Below are positions 1 through 15,000 of a DNA stretch of 64,000 bases, one piece after another (the first letter of the stretch is position 1; every line of letters starts with the position of its first letter). Location: contig CAYGRE010000005.1 of assembly GCA_964352215.1 (NCBI GenBank), forward strand, positions 18,527-82,526. The letters run 5' to 3'. The position numbers and the translations under genes were made by a program. Source of the DNA: an uncultured Bacteroidia bacterium. Its GTDB lineage: Bacteria; Bacteroidota; Bacteroidia; J057; JADKCL01. The notes beneath the pieces are model-generated. The model worked only from the letters and a program-made list of their open reading frames with translations. It ran no database searches and was not told where the DNA came from.

Positions 1-3000
1 GCTGGTGACAGACCCATTCGGATCCACAGAACCGCTGCCTGTGAAGTCTACGGTCAAGGTCGGGCTGCATGCTTGCACATCCGCCTGACAGAACGCTACC
101 GGGGCAAATGAACCTTCACACTCAGGCCCGACCGCGAAGTTCTGCTGAATCTCAGCCGGGCTGAGCGCATCGTTGTAAATCGCGACCAGGTGCATCTCAC
201 CTAACCAGGCACGGTTGTTGGTCAACTCATTGGCCAGGGCCAACTCAAAGTTGGCATCCCAGTTGCTGAGGTTGCCACCTCTGGTACCAGTCTCCACGGC
301 CACACCATCCACATAGATGATCCAGGCACCCCCGACATCGCGGGTAAAGACCACATGCTGGAGGTTCGTTGCCACCGCATTGTTGTTGCCATTCAGGTCA
401 GGCGTGCCATTTGCGGCACTCGTGGTCGTACGCACACGGGACATATAGTCGTTGCCATCCTGACCCAGGGTCCAGTTGCGGTTAAATGGATCAGCGGACA
501 TGGTCACGATCCGTGAAGGACCACCCTGAGAAGTATTCGCCGGTGCAACCCAGGCTTCTACAGTCACCTCATTGGTAGCCGCACATGCCGTCTGAATCTT
601 GGCAGCAGCCGTTACCGAATGGATGGTAGTTGCCGAATTCACAGACAGTGCAGAACCACCCACCCAACTGACATTAGATGGATTGTCGATGGTCAGATCG
701 AGCGGTGTCAGGTAACCAGAGTAATCATGGACCGTATTGCCGCTTCCCTCGGTGAAGGTATAATAGGCAACCAGGTTATTGGTGACACGGCCAGCGACAT
801 TGTTGGTGACGGTCACCGTATTGGTGCAGGTTCCAACCAAGCCTGTATTGTCCGTGACGGTGAGGGTAACCGTATAGGTTCCAGCCGCTGCGTAGACATG
901 GGTTGGGCTGACCTGGCCGGAGCCATTGCCGTCACCGAAGTCCCAGGCATAGCTGGCGATAGAACCATCGGGATCGGTAGAGTTGCTACCGTCGAAGTCC
1001 ACACTCAAGCCATTGTCACATTCGTCAACCTCTGCCGTACAGAAGCCAACCGGAGGATAATTGCCAGCACAGCCACCACCTACGGCGAGATTCTGCTGAA
1101 TCTCCGCGAGGCTCAATGCCTTGTTGTAGATCGCGACCAGCTTGACATCACCCAACCAGGCACGGTTGTTAGTCAGCTCATTGGCAATCGCCAATTCGAA
1201 GTTGGCATCCCAGTTGCTGAAGTCGCCCCCGCGGAAGTTACCCGCCTGAACCGCACCATCTACGTAGATCTGCCAGACACCAATCGCGTCACGGGTCATG
1301 ACCACGTGTTGCAGATTGTTGGTGACAGCTCCTGCATTGGAGATCAAATCAGGTGTACCGTTGGCAGCGGAAGTTGAAGTCCGCAGACGACCGCGGTAAG
1401 TATTGCCTTCCTGACCCAGGGTCCAGTTGCGGTTAAACGGATCAGAACTCATGGTGACGATCCTCGCCGGACCACCCTGAGAAGTATTGGCGGGAGCTAC
1501 CCAGGCCTCTACCGTGATCTCACCGGTGGCGCCACATGCATTGGCAATCTTGGTAGCAGGCACACCCGAAGAAATGATCGTACCCGCATTGATATTGACA
1601 CCGTTGTCCGTGAGCCAGGTCACATTGCCGGGATTGTCGATCACGAGATCAAGTGGAGCACCGTAGCCACTCAGGTCATGGACTACACTTCCACCACCTT
1701 CAACGAAGGGGTAGTAGGCGATCAGGCCATCAGAGACCCGGTCGTTGGCACATGGGTTGCAATCGTTACCGACGACTACACTGTCGAGTAAGGCGCAACC
1801 ATTGTCATCTACGGCCAATACCTGGTAGGTACCGGCTGGCAGACCACTCAAGGTATCGGTTCCGTTGCCAGTACCTACCGCGTAGGTAATGGTCAGAATC
1901 GGAGCATCACCGGCACTGGCATCATAGGCCTTCGCTTCGCGGAGACCGGAACCAGCCAGGATAAATGCCATGCTGTTGCCATCTGCCCAGCCACCACGGT
2001 TGACAATCTCTTGCACCGCTGCGGTAAGATCAGGCGTATTGTAAGATGCATTCGCCGTCCAGGCCGGTACGTTACTCCAGGCTATGGTGCTTGGAGTTGC
2101 GGTCCGGATCAGGAGATTGGCAGGCGCACTCGTAATCGGAAGTGCATCATCGGAATAATCACCATAGATGCTAAAGTTGGCCACACTTGACTGAGAGCTT
2201 AGAGCCTCAAAAGTAATGTAGGCTGACTGAACCGTAGCCCCCTGAGGTACATTGACCCCCTGGAAGCGGACACCGACAAATTGTGGATCGGAAGGATCGT
2301 TGTTGTCGTAGCCAATCTCCAGGGAAGGACTGTTGAGGTTCATCGCGCCGGAAGTCAGGGTCTGCTCAGCATCATCGCTGCTGGTCGCCACCTGGGTAGA
2401 TGAACTTGCGCCACCTACCAAAGTCAGGATATGGGGAGCCGACCCACCGCTGGCGTAGATAGCGCCAGTACCGCCACAAGCAGCACCCACACCTACCAAT
2501 TCCAGTTCATCCGGCTGATCCAGAGTCACCTGATCGGTGAAGGAACAGCCATTGGCATCGGTCACCGTCACCGTATAGGTGCCGGCATTCAACCCGGTAT
2601 TGGACAATGGCTGCGTCCACGTTACCTCAAGAACAGGTGCCAAACCAGGATCTTCATCGTAAGAAGAAGCATTCCGATAGCCAGTTCCATTGACCACCAC
2701 AGCCAGATCATTGCCAGAAATCCAGCCCGCACGGTTCACGACCTCCTGAACAACCGCACTGAGGTCAGGCGTATTGTAGGTCTGGCCACTTACCCAGTTG
2801 GGAACGTTCCAGGCAACACTGCTTGCAGTCAGCGGACGGATACCCACATTGTTGTTGGCAGTGGTAAATCCGGCAGCATTGTCAGAGGACTCAGCCCGGA
2901 AGGTCAAGCTGGCCAGGCCGGAAGCATTGTCCTCTGAGATAAAGAGAATCTTCGCACTGGTAATGGTAGCCCCTTGTGGAACGGCCAAATCAGGGAAGCG

Positions 3001-6000
3001 GATACCCACCAATTGGGGATCAGAAGGATTGTTGTTGTCATAACCCATCTCCAGCGAGACACTGTTGGTATTCACAGCACCACTGGTCAGGGTTTGTTCT
3101 GCATCATCACCGGAAGCCATCGGAGTCGAAGTCACATTTCCGGTTGGTACAGTCAGAGAATAAGTATAAGGCTGAGTTCCACCGGTAGCGGTGACGGTCC
3201 CGTCACTGCCACCAAAGCAAAGTGGATCCTGACCGTTGAGGGCAAGCGCAGCCGGTTCAGTCAAAGTGACATTGGCTACTGCAACATTACCGATGCCATC
3301 GGTAACGGTTACCGAATAGGTACCCGCGGCCAGACCCGTCGCAGTTGCGGTGGTCTGTGAACCTGCATTGGCGTCCCAGAGATAGCTAAAGGGTGGCAAA
3401 CCACCAGTAACGGTAACGGTCGCTTCCCCAGTCGCATCCCCATTGCAAAGCACAGGGCTGGTCACAGCCGCAACCGCAGAAATAGGAGGCGCAACCGCAC
3501 TGACAAATACGGTATCACTTGAATAACACCCATTTGCATCAGCCACTTTCACCAGGTAAACCCCAGTAGCAAGACCGGTTGCAGTCTGCGTGGTTTGACT
3601 ACCGGTACTGGGCGGCCAGAGGTAAATAAATGGAGGTGTTCCACCGGAAACGTTGGCGATGGCTTCCCCATCATTTGAAGTTGGGGTGGAAGCAGCGACC
3701 GTATTGACCGCGTTCACAGTCAGTGGTGCGGGTTCCGTAATCTCAACGGTATCGAGGGCGGTACAACCATTGCCGTCAGTCGCCTTCACGAAGTAGGTGC
3801 CGACACCGAGGTTGGTATTGCCAACCACGGAAGTAGTCGCATATTCGACCACCAGTACCGGAGCACCAGCCTGGTTGCCATTGTAAGAGAAAGCTCTTCT
3901 GCGGCCCTGACCATCTACCCGGAACAACATGCTGTTGCCACTGCTCCAGCCACCACGGTTCACAATCTCCTGTACAATCCCGCTCAGATCAGGGGTGCGC
4001 TCATCGGCACCTGCCTGACCCGCAACAGTCCAGTTGGGAGGACTCCAGGTGACAACAGAGCTGGTCACCGGACGGTTGGTGATATTGTTGGTGGCATTCT
4101 GGATTACAGAGGCATCATCCGATGCTTCACCCAGGATATTCAGATTCGAAGGATTCAGGTTACCGGTATTTTCCGCCGTGAATTGGATGTAGGCATTGGT
4201 AATCGCGGCTCCCTGTGGAATGGCCACATTGCGGAAGCGTACCCCGACAACCTGATTGCCATTGTTAGCACCGTCAAAGACCAGTTCCAGATCATTGTTG
4301 CCCAGATTCGTAGAACCATTGGCACGTTGCTCAGCATCATCGGCTCCAAAGGAAACCTGGTTGCTGATCGTATTCACCGTCGCTGCATAGACAACCACGT
4401 TTATGGGGCCTGTACCACCGGAAGCGGTGATCTCTCCATCGGAAGCACCGTTGCAACTGACATCGTTGCTGCTGATCACGATCGGAGCAGGCTCGCCAAT
4501 GGTGATAGTCGAAGTATTCGAACAACCGTTGGCATCCGTAGCCGTCACGGTATAAGTACCGGCAGGCAGGTTCGTATTGGAAGGCAATGTGGTGCTGTAC
4601 TGTACACTCAGGACAGGCGCATCGGCCGGAGATCCATTGTAAGAATACGCACTGCGACGACCGGCTCCATTCAGGAAGAGCGAGAGGTCATTGCCCGCAC
4701 TCCAACCGGAACGGTTGACAATTTCCTGTACCACACCACTCAGATCCGGCGTTTGCTGGTCTGCCCCAGCCTGCCCAATGGTATTCCAGTTGGCAGGTGA
4801 CCAGTTGACACTGGCGCTGGTATTGGCACGGGTAGAAAGGTCGAAGGTCGAGTTGGCGAAGTTAGCAGAATTGTCCGCTGCCTCTCCGGTAATGACCAGG
4901 TTGGAAGGATTCGTATTGTTGGTATTCTGCGCGGTGAACTGAACCCTGGCGTCGACAATAATCGCTCCCTGGGGAATGTTCACGTTCCGATAGCGGAGAC
5001 CAACCGTCTGGAGACCCTGGTTATTGTTTGAGAATACCATGCGGAGGTGGTTGCGGCCTCCTCTGACCGTACCGTTCTGATCTTCTTCCGCATCATCCTG
5101 TCCGCCCACAATTGGTAAGACAACTGAGTTAGCGGAAGTCGTGATCGTGTAAGTATAAGGTGCAGTACCACCAGAAGCGACGATCTGTCCATCCGAATCA
5201 CCATTGCAACTCACATCTACACCGGCGAGGGAGATGTTGGAACTGGTCTGGGTAAGGGTCACAGTTGCGACAGCAGTACAGCCGTTCGCGTCGGTAATGG
5301 TTACACTGTAGGTGCCGGGGTTCAAACCAGTTGCCAGAGCAGTCGTCTGATTGCCCGCAGCAGCATCCCATTGATACGTGTAAGCAGGAGTGCCACCGGT
5401 AGCGCTGGCCAGGGCTTCCCCTGAATTCGGAGCACCACATCCACCTTGAACGGTTACGGTCGCACTGGCAACCAGTGCAATAGGACTGGTTACGGTAGCG
5501 GAAGCAGTCGCAGTACAATTGTTGGCATCGGTAATGGTCACCGTATAAGTTCCACCAGCCAAACCGCTCAGGTCTTCAGTTGTCGCACCATTGGACCAGC
5601 TGAAGCTGTAAGGTGCAGTTCCACCAGAGACCGACAGATCAACCGTTCCATCGGAAGCGCCATTGCAGGATTCATCCGTAGAAGTGACAGCGGAAGTAAC
5701 CGCAGCCGGTTCACCCACAGAAGCGGACGCATTGCTGGTGCAACCATTGGCATCGGTAACAACTACGGTATAGGTTCCGGCGGTCACGCCGCTCAGGTCC
5801 TCGGTGGTAGCACCATTGCTCCAGTTGAAGCTGTAGGGTGCAGTACCACCGGTGACGCTCAGATCAACCAGGCCACTGGCATCCCCATTACAGAGGGCAT
5901 CGGTAGCAGAGGTAGTCAGAACAATAGCGGTAGATCCGGTCACGGTTGCAGAGGCAGTAGCGGTGCAATTGTTCGCATCGGTAATGGTCACGGTATAGGT

Positions 6001-9000
6001 TCCAGCGGTCAGACCACTCAGGTCTTCAGTAGTCGCACCATTGGACCAGCTGAAGCTGTAAGGTGCGGTACCACCGGAGACGGTAAGGTCCACGGTCCCA
6101 TCGGAACCTCCATTGCAGGATTCATTGGTTGAAGTAGCAGTCGCCGCAATTGCGACCGGTTCTGCCACCGTAGCCGAAGCAGTCGAAGTACAGTTATTCG
6201 CATCGGTAATGGTCACCGTATAAGTTCCACCGGCCAGACCGCTCAGGTCTTCGCTCGTTGCACCATTGGACCAGCTGAAGCTGTAAGGTGCAGTACCACC
6301 ACTGACGCTCAGGTCAATGCTGCCATCATTGGCACCCAGGCAACTTGCATCGGTCGCAACCGCAGTGCCGGCAATTGCCGTCGGCTCATTTACCGCTGCA
6401 GTTCCCGTGACGGTACAATTGTTTGCATCCGACAAGGTCACGGTGTAGGAACCAGCCGGGACACCACTGATGTCTTCGGTGGTGGCGCCATTGGACCAGC
6501 TAAAGGAATAAGGAGGAGTGCCGCCGCTTACGGTAAGGTCAACTGCGCCATTGGCTGCGCCATTGCAAATCAGATCGGTTGCAGTCAGCGTAAAGCTGAT
6601 CGCAGATGGATCATTCAAAGTTGCGCTTGCGGTCGCTGAACAGTTGTTGGCATCGGTGATGGTCACCGTATAGGTGCCAGCTCCGATTCCATTGACATCT
6701 TCAGTGGTAGCGGTAGTGCTCCAGGCATAAGTATAAGGAGCAGTTCCACCTGTCACCGTCAGGTCAATGAACCCATCGGTAGCGCCATTGCAGGAAGGAT
6801 CAGTTACTGTTGTTGAAGCCGTGATAGCAGTTGGTTCGGTTAAAGATGTGCTACCGGTAGCAGTACATCCATTTGCATCCGTAACCGTTACACCGTAAAG
6901 CCCGGCACTCAGACCACTGAGGTCTTCAGTCGTTGCGGCATTGCTCCAAGCATAAGTATAGGGAGCAGTTCCACCGGCAACAGACAGGTCAATTGAACCA
7001 TCCGTGCCTGCATTGCAGGAAATATCGGTACTGGTAAAGGCCAGGGAAACAACCGCTGGCTCACCTACGGTGTAGTTTCCAACCTCTACACAACCGTTGG
7101 CATCGGTCAGGGTGACAGCATAGCTGCCCGCAGCCAGACCGGAAACATTCTGGGTGGTTGGTCCGTGACTCCACATATAGCCATAGCTACCGGCTCCACC
7201 AGAAGGCGTGATGCTTATCGCACCATCAGAGAGGCCATTGCAGCTGACATCGGTAATCGTTTCATTCAAGCCCAATGGGAAAGGCTCTATCAGTGAGGAT
7301 TGCTGCGTGGTTACACAGCCATTGGCATCAGTCACAGTCACAGAATAATTACCAGATCCAAGGCCAGTCACATTCTGGGTGAGGGCGCCGGTGCTCCAAT
7401 TGTAGCTAAATGGAGCGGTGCCACCTACGACAAAGAGGTTGAATCCACCGTCCATCGCACCCGTACAAGAGATATTCACCTTTTGCATGATGAGGGTCAA
7501 AGCAGCGGGTTGGGCCACCGTTGCAGAAGCAGTGGAAATACATCCATTACCATCGGTCACAGTCACCGTATAGGTACCAGCCGCGAGACTGGAAATGTCT
7601 TCCGAAGTCGCACCGGTTGTCCAGGCGTAAGTATAAGGAGGTATTCCTCCACTGATGCTCAGGTCAACCGTGCCATCAGTTCCGCCGTTGCAATTGACAT
7701 CGGTGGCAACTGTGGTCAATACCAGGATGGCTGGTTCTGCAACCGTTGCAGAAGCACTGGCGGTGCAGCCATTTGCATCGGTGATGACCACGCTGTAGGA
7801 ACCTGCAGTGAGGCCGGAAAGGTCTTCGGTAACCGCGCCAGTATTCCAGAGGTAGGTCACCGGAGAAACAGCACCTGTTACGGTCAGGTCAATACTTCCA
7901 TCTGCAGCCCCAAAACAACTTACGTCCGTCGCAATGGCAGCAGCCTGAATGGCCACCGGCTCTCCGACACTTGCGGTGAGGACTTCCTGACAGCCATTGG
8001 CATCAGTAATCGTTACCACATAAGTTCCGGCTGAGACTCCACTGAGGTCTTCGGTAGTTGCACTGTTGTCCCAGCTAAAGGTAAAGGGCGCTGTACCTCC
8101 GCTGACAGACAGGTCAACGGACCCGTCACTGCCACCATTGCAGGTGACATCCGTAGCAGAAACAGTGGCGCTGATAGCTGAAGGAGCATTTACGTTGGCC
8201 GAAGCAGTGCCTGTACAGCCGCTTGCATCGGTAACCGTAACCGTATAGGTTCCGGAACCCACCGCAGCCAAATCTTCTGTGGTAGCCCCATTGCTCCATG
8301 CATAAGTGAGCGGTGCGACGCCATTGGTAACAGTCAAATCAACACTGCCATCCGCCAAACCGTTACAAGAACCGTCGGTAGTGGCAAGGCTCAATTGAAT
8401 GGCGGCCGGTTCTGCAATCGTTACGATCGCATTCTCGACACAACCGTTTGCATCGGTCACCTGGACCGCATAAGGCCCGGCAGGGACATTGTTCAAATCC
8501 TGGGTGGTAGCATTGGTACTCCACAGATAGGAGAATCCACCCACACCGCCAGTTGCAGTCAGGTCAATATTGCCATCAGAGAGGCCATTGCAAGAAACGT
8601 CAGAAAGGTTAAAGCTGAGGTTGATAGCTGGAGGAGCTAAAATCTCAACACTGTCAATAGCGACACATCCTTTGTCATCGGTCACAGTAACTACATAAGT
8701 TCCGGCAGTCAATTGACCAATATTCTTAGTCGTATCTCCATTGCTCCACATATAACTGAAGAGTGGAGAGCCACCCGTGATACCCAGCACGATTGAACCA
8801 TTTCCTTCGTTGTTACAGGCCAGGTTGGTCGTCGTAAAGCTGATCGCAATGGAATCCGGCTGGGAAACCTCGGCAGAATCTACCACCACACAGCCCTGAT
8901 TATCGGTCAGGGTGACAGTGTACAGACCAGCACTAAGGTTAGTCAGGTCCTCAGAAGTAGCCCCATTGCTCCAGAGATAGGTATAGGTACGTCCGGTATT

Positions 9001-12000
9001 GGAAACAGTCAGATCAATGCCACCGTCCGTATCACCATAGCAAACGAGGTCAAACACCTGGAAGGACAGGCTCGGAGCGGCAGGCTCATTGATCGAATAG
9101 GTACCGGAGGCGGTGCATCCATTGGCATCGGTGACTACCACAGAATAGCTACCAGCGGTAAGGCCGTTGATGTCTTCGCTGTTTGCAGAGTTGCTCCAGG
9201 TGAAGACAAAGGGAGCCACGCCATGGGTGACGGTCAGATCAAGCGCACCGTCATTGCCACCTGGACAGGTCACATCGGTCGCGGTTGCATTCAGCACAAT
9301 GGCCAAAGGATCGGTCAAGGTGACCGTCCCGGTCGCCACGTCACTGTTGTTGTCAGTAACGGTTACGCTGTACGTGCCAGCGGCAAGACCAGTTGCAGTT
9401 GCAGTCGTCTGGTTGCCGGCAGCCGCATCCCATTGGAATGAGTAGGGTGGTACACCACCGGTAACAAAAGCAGTAGCTTCACCATCATTTCCACCCGCGC
9501 AGGAGATTGCAGCCGTCTGGTTGACGGTTACAACCAATTGGCCGGCAGGATCAGGAACCAATGCGGTATCGGCTGCGACACATCCATTGGCGTCGGTCAC
9601 GGTTACAGTATAGATACCGGCAGAAAGTCCGGTAGCAGTTGCCGTGGTCTGGCTGCCAGCATTGGCATCCCAGAGATAAGTATAAGGAGGTGTTCCGCCG
9701 CCGGCGGTCGCAGTAGCTTCACCATCACTTCCACCGGCGGTGGAGATGGGGGAAGACTGAGCTGCGGTCACTGAAACAGCGGAAGGTTCGGTCAGGGTAA
9801 CGGAACCCGTTCCGGTACAGCCATTGGCATCGGTCACGGTAACATCATAAGTGCCAGGAGCGAGGCTGGAAGCATTGGCCAGCGTACCGGCTCCACCGCT
9901 CCAATTGTAAGCATAAGGCGCACATCCGCCGCTTACAGAAACCGTAACTGCACCATCATTGGCACCATTGCAGGTGATTCCTGAAATAATGCTTGCATTG
10001 GCAACCACTGGATCTGGCTCCGTCAGCTCAATGCTGTCCGTTGTAGCACATCCATTGGCATCGGTGACAGTAACCGTATAGGTTCCGGCGCCAAGATTGC
10101 TCTGAGCAGGTCCACCCAGGGCGACCACCTCAATCGCGGAAATCTTTGCATTGTCTACCACCGTCACAAAGCCAATGTCAAGGCTTCCGTCGGTAACGGT
10201 GGCCGTAGTGGTTTCGATGACAGCGGTTCGGAAACCGGCAGTCGCGAATATATCGTAGTCGTCCAGTACCAGTGCCCCTTCGACATTGACATCAAATACA
10301 CGGGCTCCTACACTCTGAGCACCATTGAAGACCTCAGCAAAGTGAAGGTTAACCTGGTAGGTGCCATTGGGAACCGGGATATTGTAATTCATGGTTCCGT
10401 AGCGCTCACTCTTGTACAGGTCAGGATCAGCCGTATTGGCAATGGTCCCGCCCACATTGAAGAAGACACCGCCGGTAGCATATTGATCGGCTGCGAAAAC
10501 ATCTCCATTCGCGGCGGTGTAAGCACCTTGGTTTCCAGTATTCAGGCGAATAACAGTTCCACCCCAATCATAAGTATAAGGAGCGACCCCGCCGGAAGCG
10601 GCAGCATTGATGGAACCATCGGTGGCTCCATTGCAGCTGATATTGAAGCCACAATTGTAGGTGGATGGGGTCAGGCTGACCGCTACGGAGGCAGGTTCTC
10701 CCACGGTTGCGGTAGCAGTGACCGTGCATCCATTCGCATCGGTAACGTCCACCGAATAGGTACCGGCAGTCAGGCCGGTCGCAGTCGCGGTGGTTTGGTT
10801 GCCGGCGGAAGCATCCCAGAGATAAGTATAAGGTAAGGTTCCACCGGTAGCAGTAACCGAAGCCGTTCCGTCTGCATCCCCGGCACAAGTCGCATCTGAA
10901 GCAGAAGCACTCAGGCTGATGGCCGCAGGTTCGGAAATGGTAACCGCCGCATTGGCGGTACAGCCGTTGGCATCGGTGACCAGAACCGTATAAGTTCCAC
11001 CGGCCAGGCCGGTTGCAGTAGCAGTCGTTTGGGAGCCAGCGGAAACGTCCCATTGGTAAGTATAAGGTGACGTTCCACCGGTGGCAGTTACTGAAGCGGT
11101 TCCGTCACCTGCTCCGTTACAGGACACGTCTGTTCCGTTAGCAGAAGCTGTCAGGGCCGAAGCCGGACCGGCTATCGTAACAGAAGCATTTGCGGTACAT
11201 CCATTGGCATCGGTAACCGATACGCCGTAGGTTCCTGCAATCAGGTTGGAAGCGGTTGCGGTAGTCTGGCTGCCAGCCGCGGCATCCCACTGGATGCTGT
11301 AAGGCGCACAACCACCAGTGGTGGAAACGCTTGCTTGTCCATCGGCAAGGCCGAAGCAGGACTCGTCCTGATCAACCACAGCCGTAGCCACCAGCAGATC
11401 TGGTTCCGTCAGGGCAATGTTTTCGGTGACGCTGCAACCATTGGCGTCGGTGACGACAACCGTATAGCTACCCGCTGGAACACCACTCAGCGTTCCTCCG
11501 GATCCCGTCACTTCGACAATCTCGATCGCACTGATCTTGGCATTGTCCACCAGACCGGTAAATACAAAATTCAAAGTATCGTCCGTAACATTGGCGACCG
11601 TGGTTTTGATCACTGCAGTCATGGTACCAACGTCGGCAATGATATCGTAGTTGCTCAGGAAGGGGACACCTTCTACCTCGACATTCATGATTCGGTCCCC
11701 AATATTGCCAGGCTGGCTGGAGGTTCCGGTGGCACCGTGGAAGATTTCTGCAAAGTGGAGGCGCACTTCATAGGTCCCGTTGGAGACCGGGATATGGTAC
11801 TCCAGAATCTTTGCCCAACGTTCAGTGCGGTACAATTGATCGTCGGTGGTGCCGAGCACATCAACAATATTGTTATTGGTGTATTGCCCGCTGGGGGTTT
11901 GGACAATGGTATAATTCGCGGCATTGTCTGCGGCAAATACATCGCCATTGGCAGCGGTGAAGCTGCCGCCATTGCCGGTATTGATGCGGATCGCATTCTG

Positions 12001-15000
12001 GCCGGTTCCCCAACTGTAAGTAAAGGGTGCTGTGCCTCCGGTTGCGGTGGCAGTAATGCTTCCGTCGGTTGCACCGTTGCAACTGACATTGAAGCCGCAA
12101 TTGTAAAGGCTGGGGACCATGCTGACCGCAATCGCGGTTGGTTCGTTCACCGAGACATTCGCGGTTGCGGTACAATTGTTGGCATCGGTTACCGTCACGG
12201 AGTAAGTTCCTCCGGAAAGTCCGGTTGCAGTCGCAGTGGTCTGGCTGCCAGCGGCGACATCCCACAAGTAGGTATAGGGAGCAGTGCCACCCGTAGCCAC
12301 AACTGCAGCTTGTCCATCTGCGGCACCACCACAAGAGACGTCAGCAGCAGAAGTACTGAGGCTGAGGGCTGCAGGTTCCGCAATGGTGACATTGGCGGTT
12401 TCAGTACAGCCATTGGCGTCGGTCACCACCACACTGTAAGTACCACCAGAAAGACTGGTTGCAGTTGCGGTAGTCTGACTTCCGGCGGCAACGTCCCACT
12501 GATAGGTATAGGGTGCAGTGCCACCAACCGCAGCAACTGCGGCCTGGCCATCTGCGGCACCGTTACAAGTAACGTCCACAAATGAAGTGGTGAGACTGAG
12601 AGCAGCAGGTTCTGCAATGGTAACGCTGGCGGTACCCGCACATCCATTGGCATCGGTGATGGTAACGGAATAGGTTCCTCCGGCGAGGCCGGTGGCGGTA
12701 GCCGTAGTCTGGCTTCCGGCGGCCACATCCCAGAGATAACTGAGAGGTGCAGTTCCACCAGTTTGACTGGCGGTGGCTTGTCCATCCGCAGCACCGTTGC
12801 AGGTGACATCGTTGTCAAGTGCAGCGGTAACGGTCAATCCTGATCCGGTTGTGATCACCACGCTGGTGGTCGCTGCGCAACCATTGGCATCGGTAATGGT
12901 AACCGAATAAGTTCCTCCGGCGAGGCCGATAGCGGTGGCGGTGGTTTGGGAACCAGCCGCGGCATCCCAGGCATAGGTGTATGGAGCACACCCACCCGTT
13001 GCGGAAGCAGTGGCTTGCCCATTTGCAAGACCCAGACAAGATTCATCCTGGACAACGGTAGCCGCAGCCACTAGCAAATCAGGCTCGGTGAGAACAACCG
13101 TGTCCGTAAGACTGCAACCATTGGCATCGCTGACAACTACCGTATAACCGCCCGCTGGTACGCCACTCAGTGTACCACCGGCTCCGGTCACCTCGACAAT
13201 CTCAATCGCACTGATCTTGGCATTGTCCACTACCGTCGTGAACACCAGATTCAAAGTATCGTCCGTGACATTGGCGACCGTAGTTTTAATTACCGCGGTC
13301 ATGGTGCCTACGTCGGCAATGATATCATAATTGGTCAGGAAGGGAGTTCCTTCTACTTCGACATTCATGATCCGGTCCCCGATATTGCCTGGCTGGCTGG
13401 GGGTTCCGGTGGCACCATGGTAGATCTCGGCAAAATGTAAACGCACTTCATAGACACCGTTGGCTACCGGAATGTGGTATTCCATCGCCGCGGCATAACG
13501 CTCGGTACGGTACAGTTGATCATCGGTGGTGCCGAGCACGTCGACGATATTGTTATTGACGTATTGTCCGGTTGGAGTCTGGAGAATGGTGAAATTCGCA
13601 GCATTGTCCGCGGCAAATACATCGCCATTGGTAGCGGTGAAGCTGCCTCCATTACCGGTATTGATGCGGATCGCATTCTGACCGGTTCCCCAGTTGTAGA
13701 CATAAGGAGCAGTGCCGCCGGTCGCGGTGGCGGTGATGCTTCCGTCGGTTGCGCCGTTGCAACTGGTATTGAAGCCACAGTTGTAAAGACTTGGTACCAT
13801 GTTGACTGCAATGGCAACTGGTTCGTTGACCGTTACATTAGCAGTTGCAGTACAGTTGTTGGCGTCGGTGACGGTCACAGAGTAGGTTCCGGCGGAAAGG
13901 CCGCCGGCCGTGTCCGTGGTCTGGCTGCCTGCGGCGACATCCCACAGGTAGGTATAAGGTGTACATCCCCCACTGACGGCAACCGTGGCAGAACCATTTG
14001 CATCGCCATTGCAATCGACATCAATGGCTGAAGTAGAGGTTGCCAGAACAGCGGGCTCGGTCAGGGTGATAGAAAGGGCAACGGTATCGCTGTTAGCATC
14101 GGTGACGGTTACAGCGTAAGTACCAGCAGCCAGTCCGGTTGCGGTGGCGGTCGTTTGTGAACCTGCTCCGGCATCCCACAGATAGGTATAAGGAGATACC
14201 CCGCCAGTGGCAGAGATGGTAGCAGTTCCGTCGGCCAGGCCATTGCAACTGATATTGTTTCCACAGCTGTTGGTTGGACTGCTTACGGTGGCGCTCAGAG
14301 GAGGAGTATTGGAACTACAGATCGAAATCGCCGAAATCGCCGCATTGTTTACACTGGACAGGAAGTCAATGTTAAGGGTACCGTCATTGACAGACACACC
14401 ATTGAAAGTATAAACATCGGCCGTCGCGGCACCCACCGTAGCGAAGATATCATAGTCGTCGAGCACAAGGCTGCCCTCAACTGTAACATCAAATACCCGG
14501 AGGCCATTGCCACCAGCTACTCCACCCGGAGCTCCAAAATAAGGTTCCATGAAGTAAAGGGTGACATCGTAAGTGCCATTGCCGGTAGGCAGGTTATAGC
14601 TGAAGTTGTTCCCGTAACGGTAAGCCAGGTAGAGGTCATCTTCGAGGGTTCCTGCAACCGGGAAGCTTTGAGTGCTGGGTGTATGTGTTCCCGTAACCCA
14701 GGAGGCGGGATTATCAGCAATAAAGGTATCCTGTACCGTACTGACATACTGAGGACCATTGACATTGACATTGAAGCAACCAGCCAAAGGACCAGATACC
14801 GTATCCACTCCAACCCCGAACAGATTGACATTCAAGGGGCTGTTGATGCCATCATGGTTAATGGTCAGGGTAGAAGAACGATTGCCCAGGGCCTGAGGTG
14901 TGAAATCGAAATTGTAAGTCACAGAGCTACCACCAGTCAAGGTCAGCGGCAAACTTGGTGCGCTTACAAAGGTAAAGTCAGGGTCACCGCTCAAGGGCAA

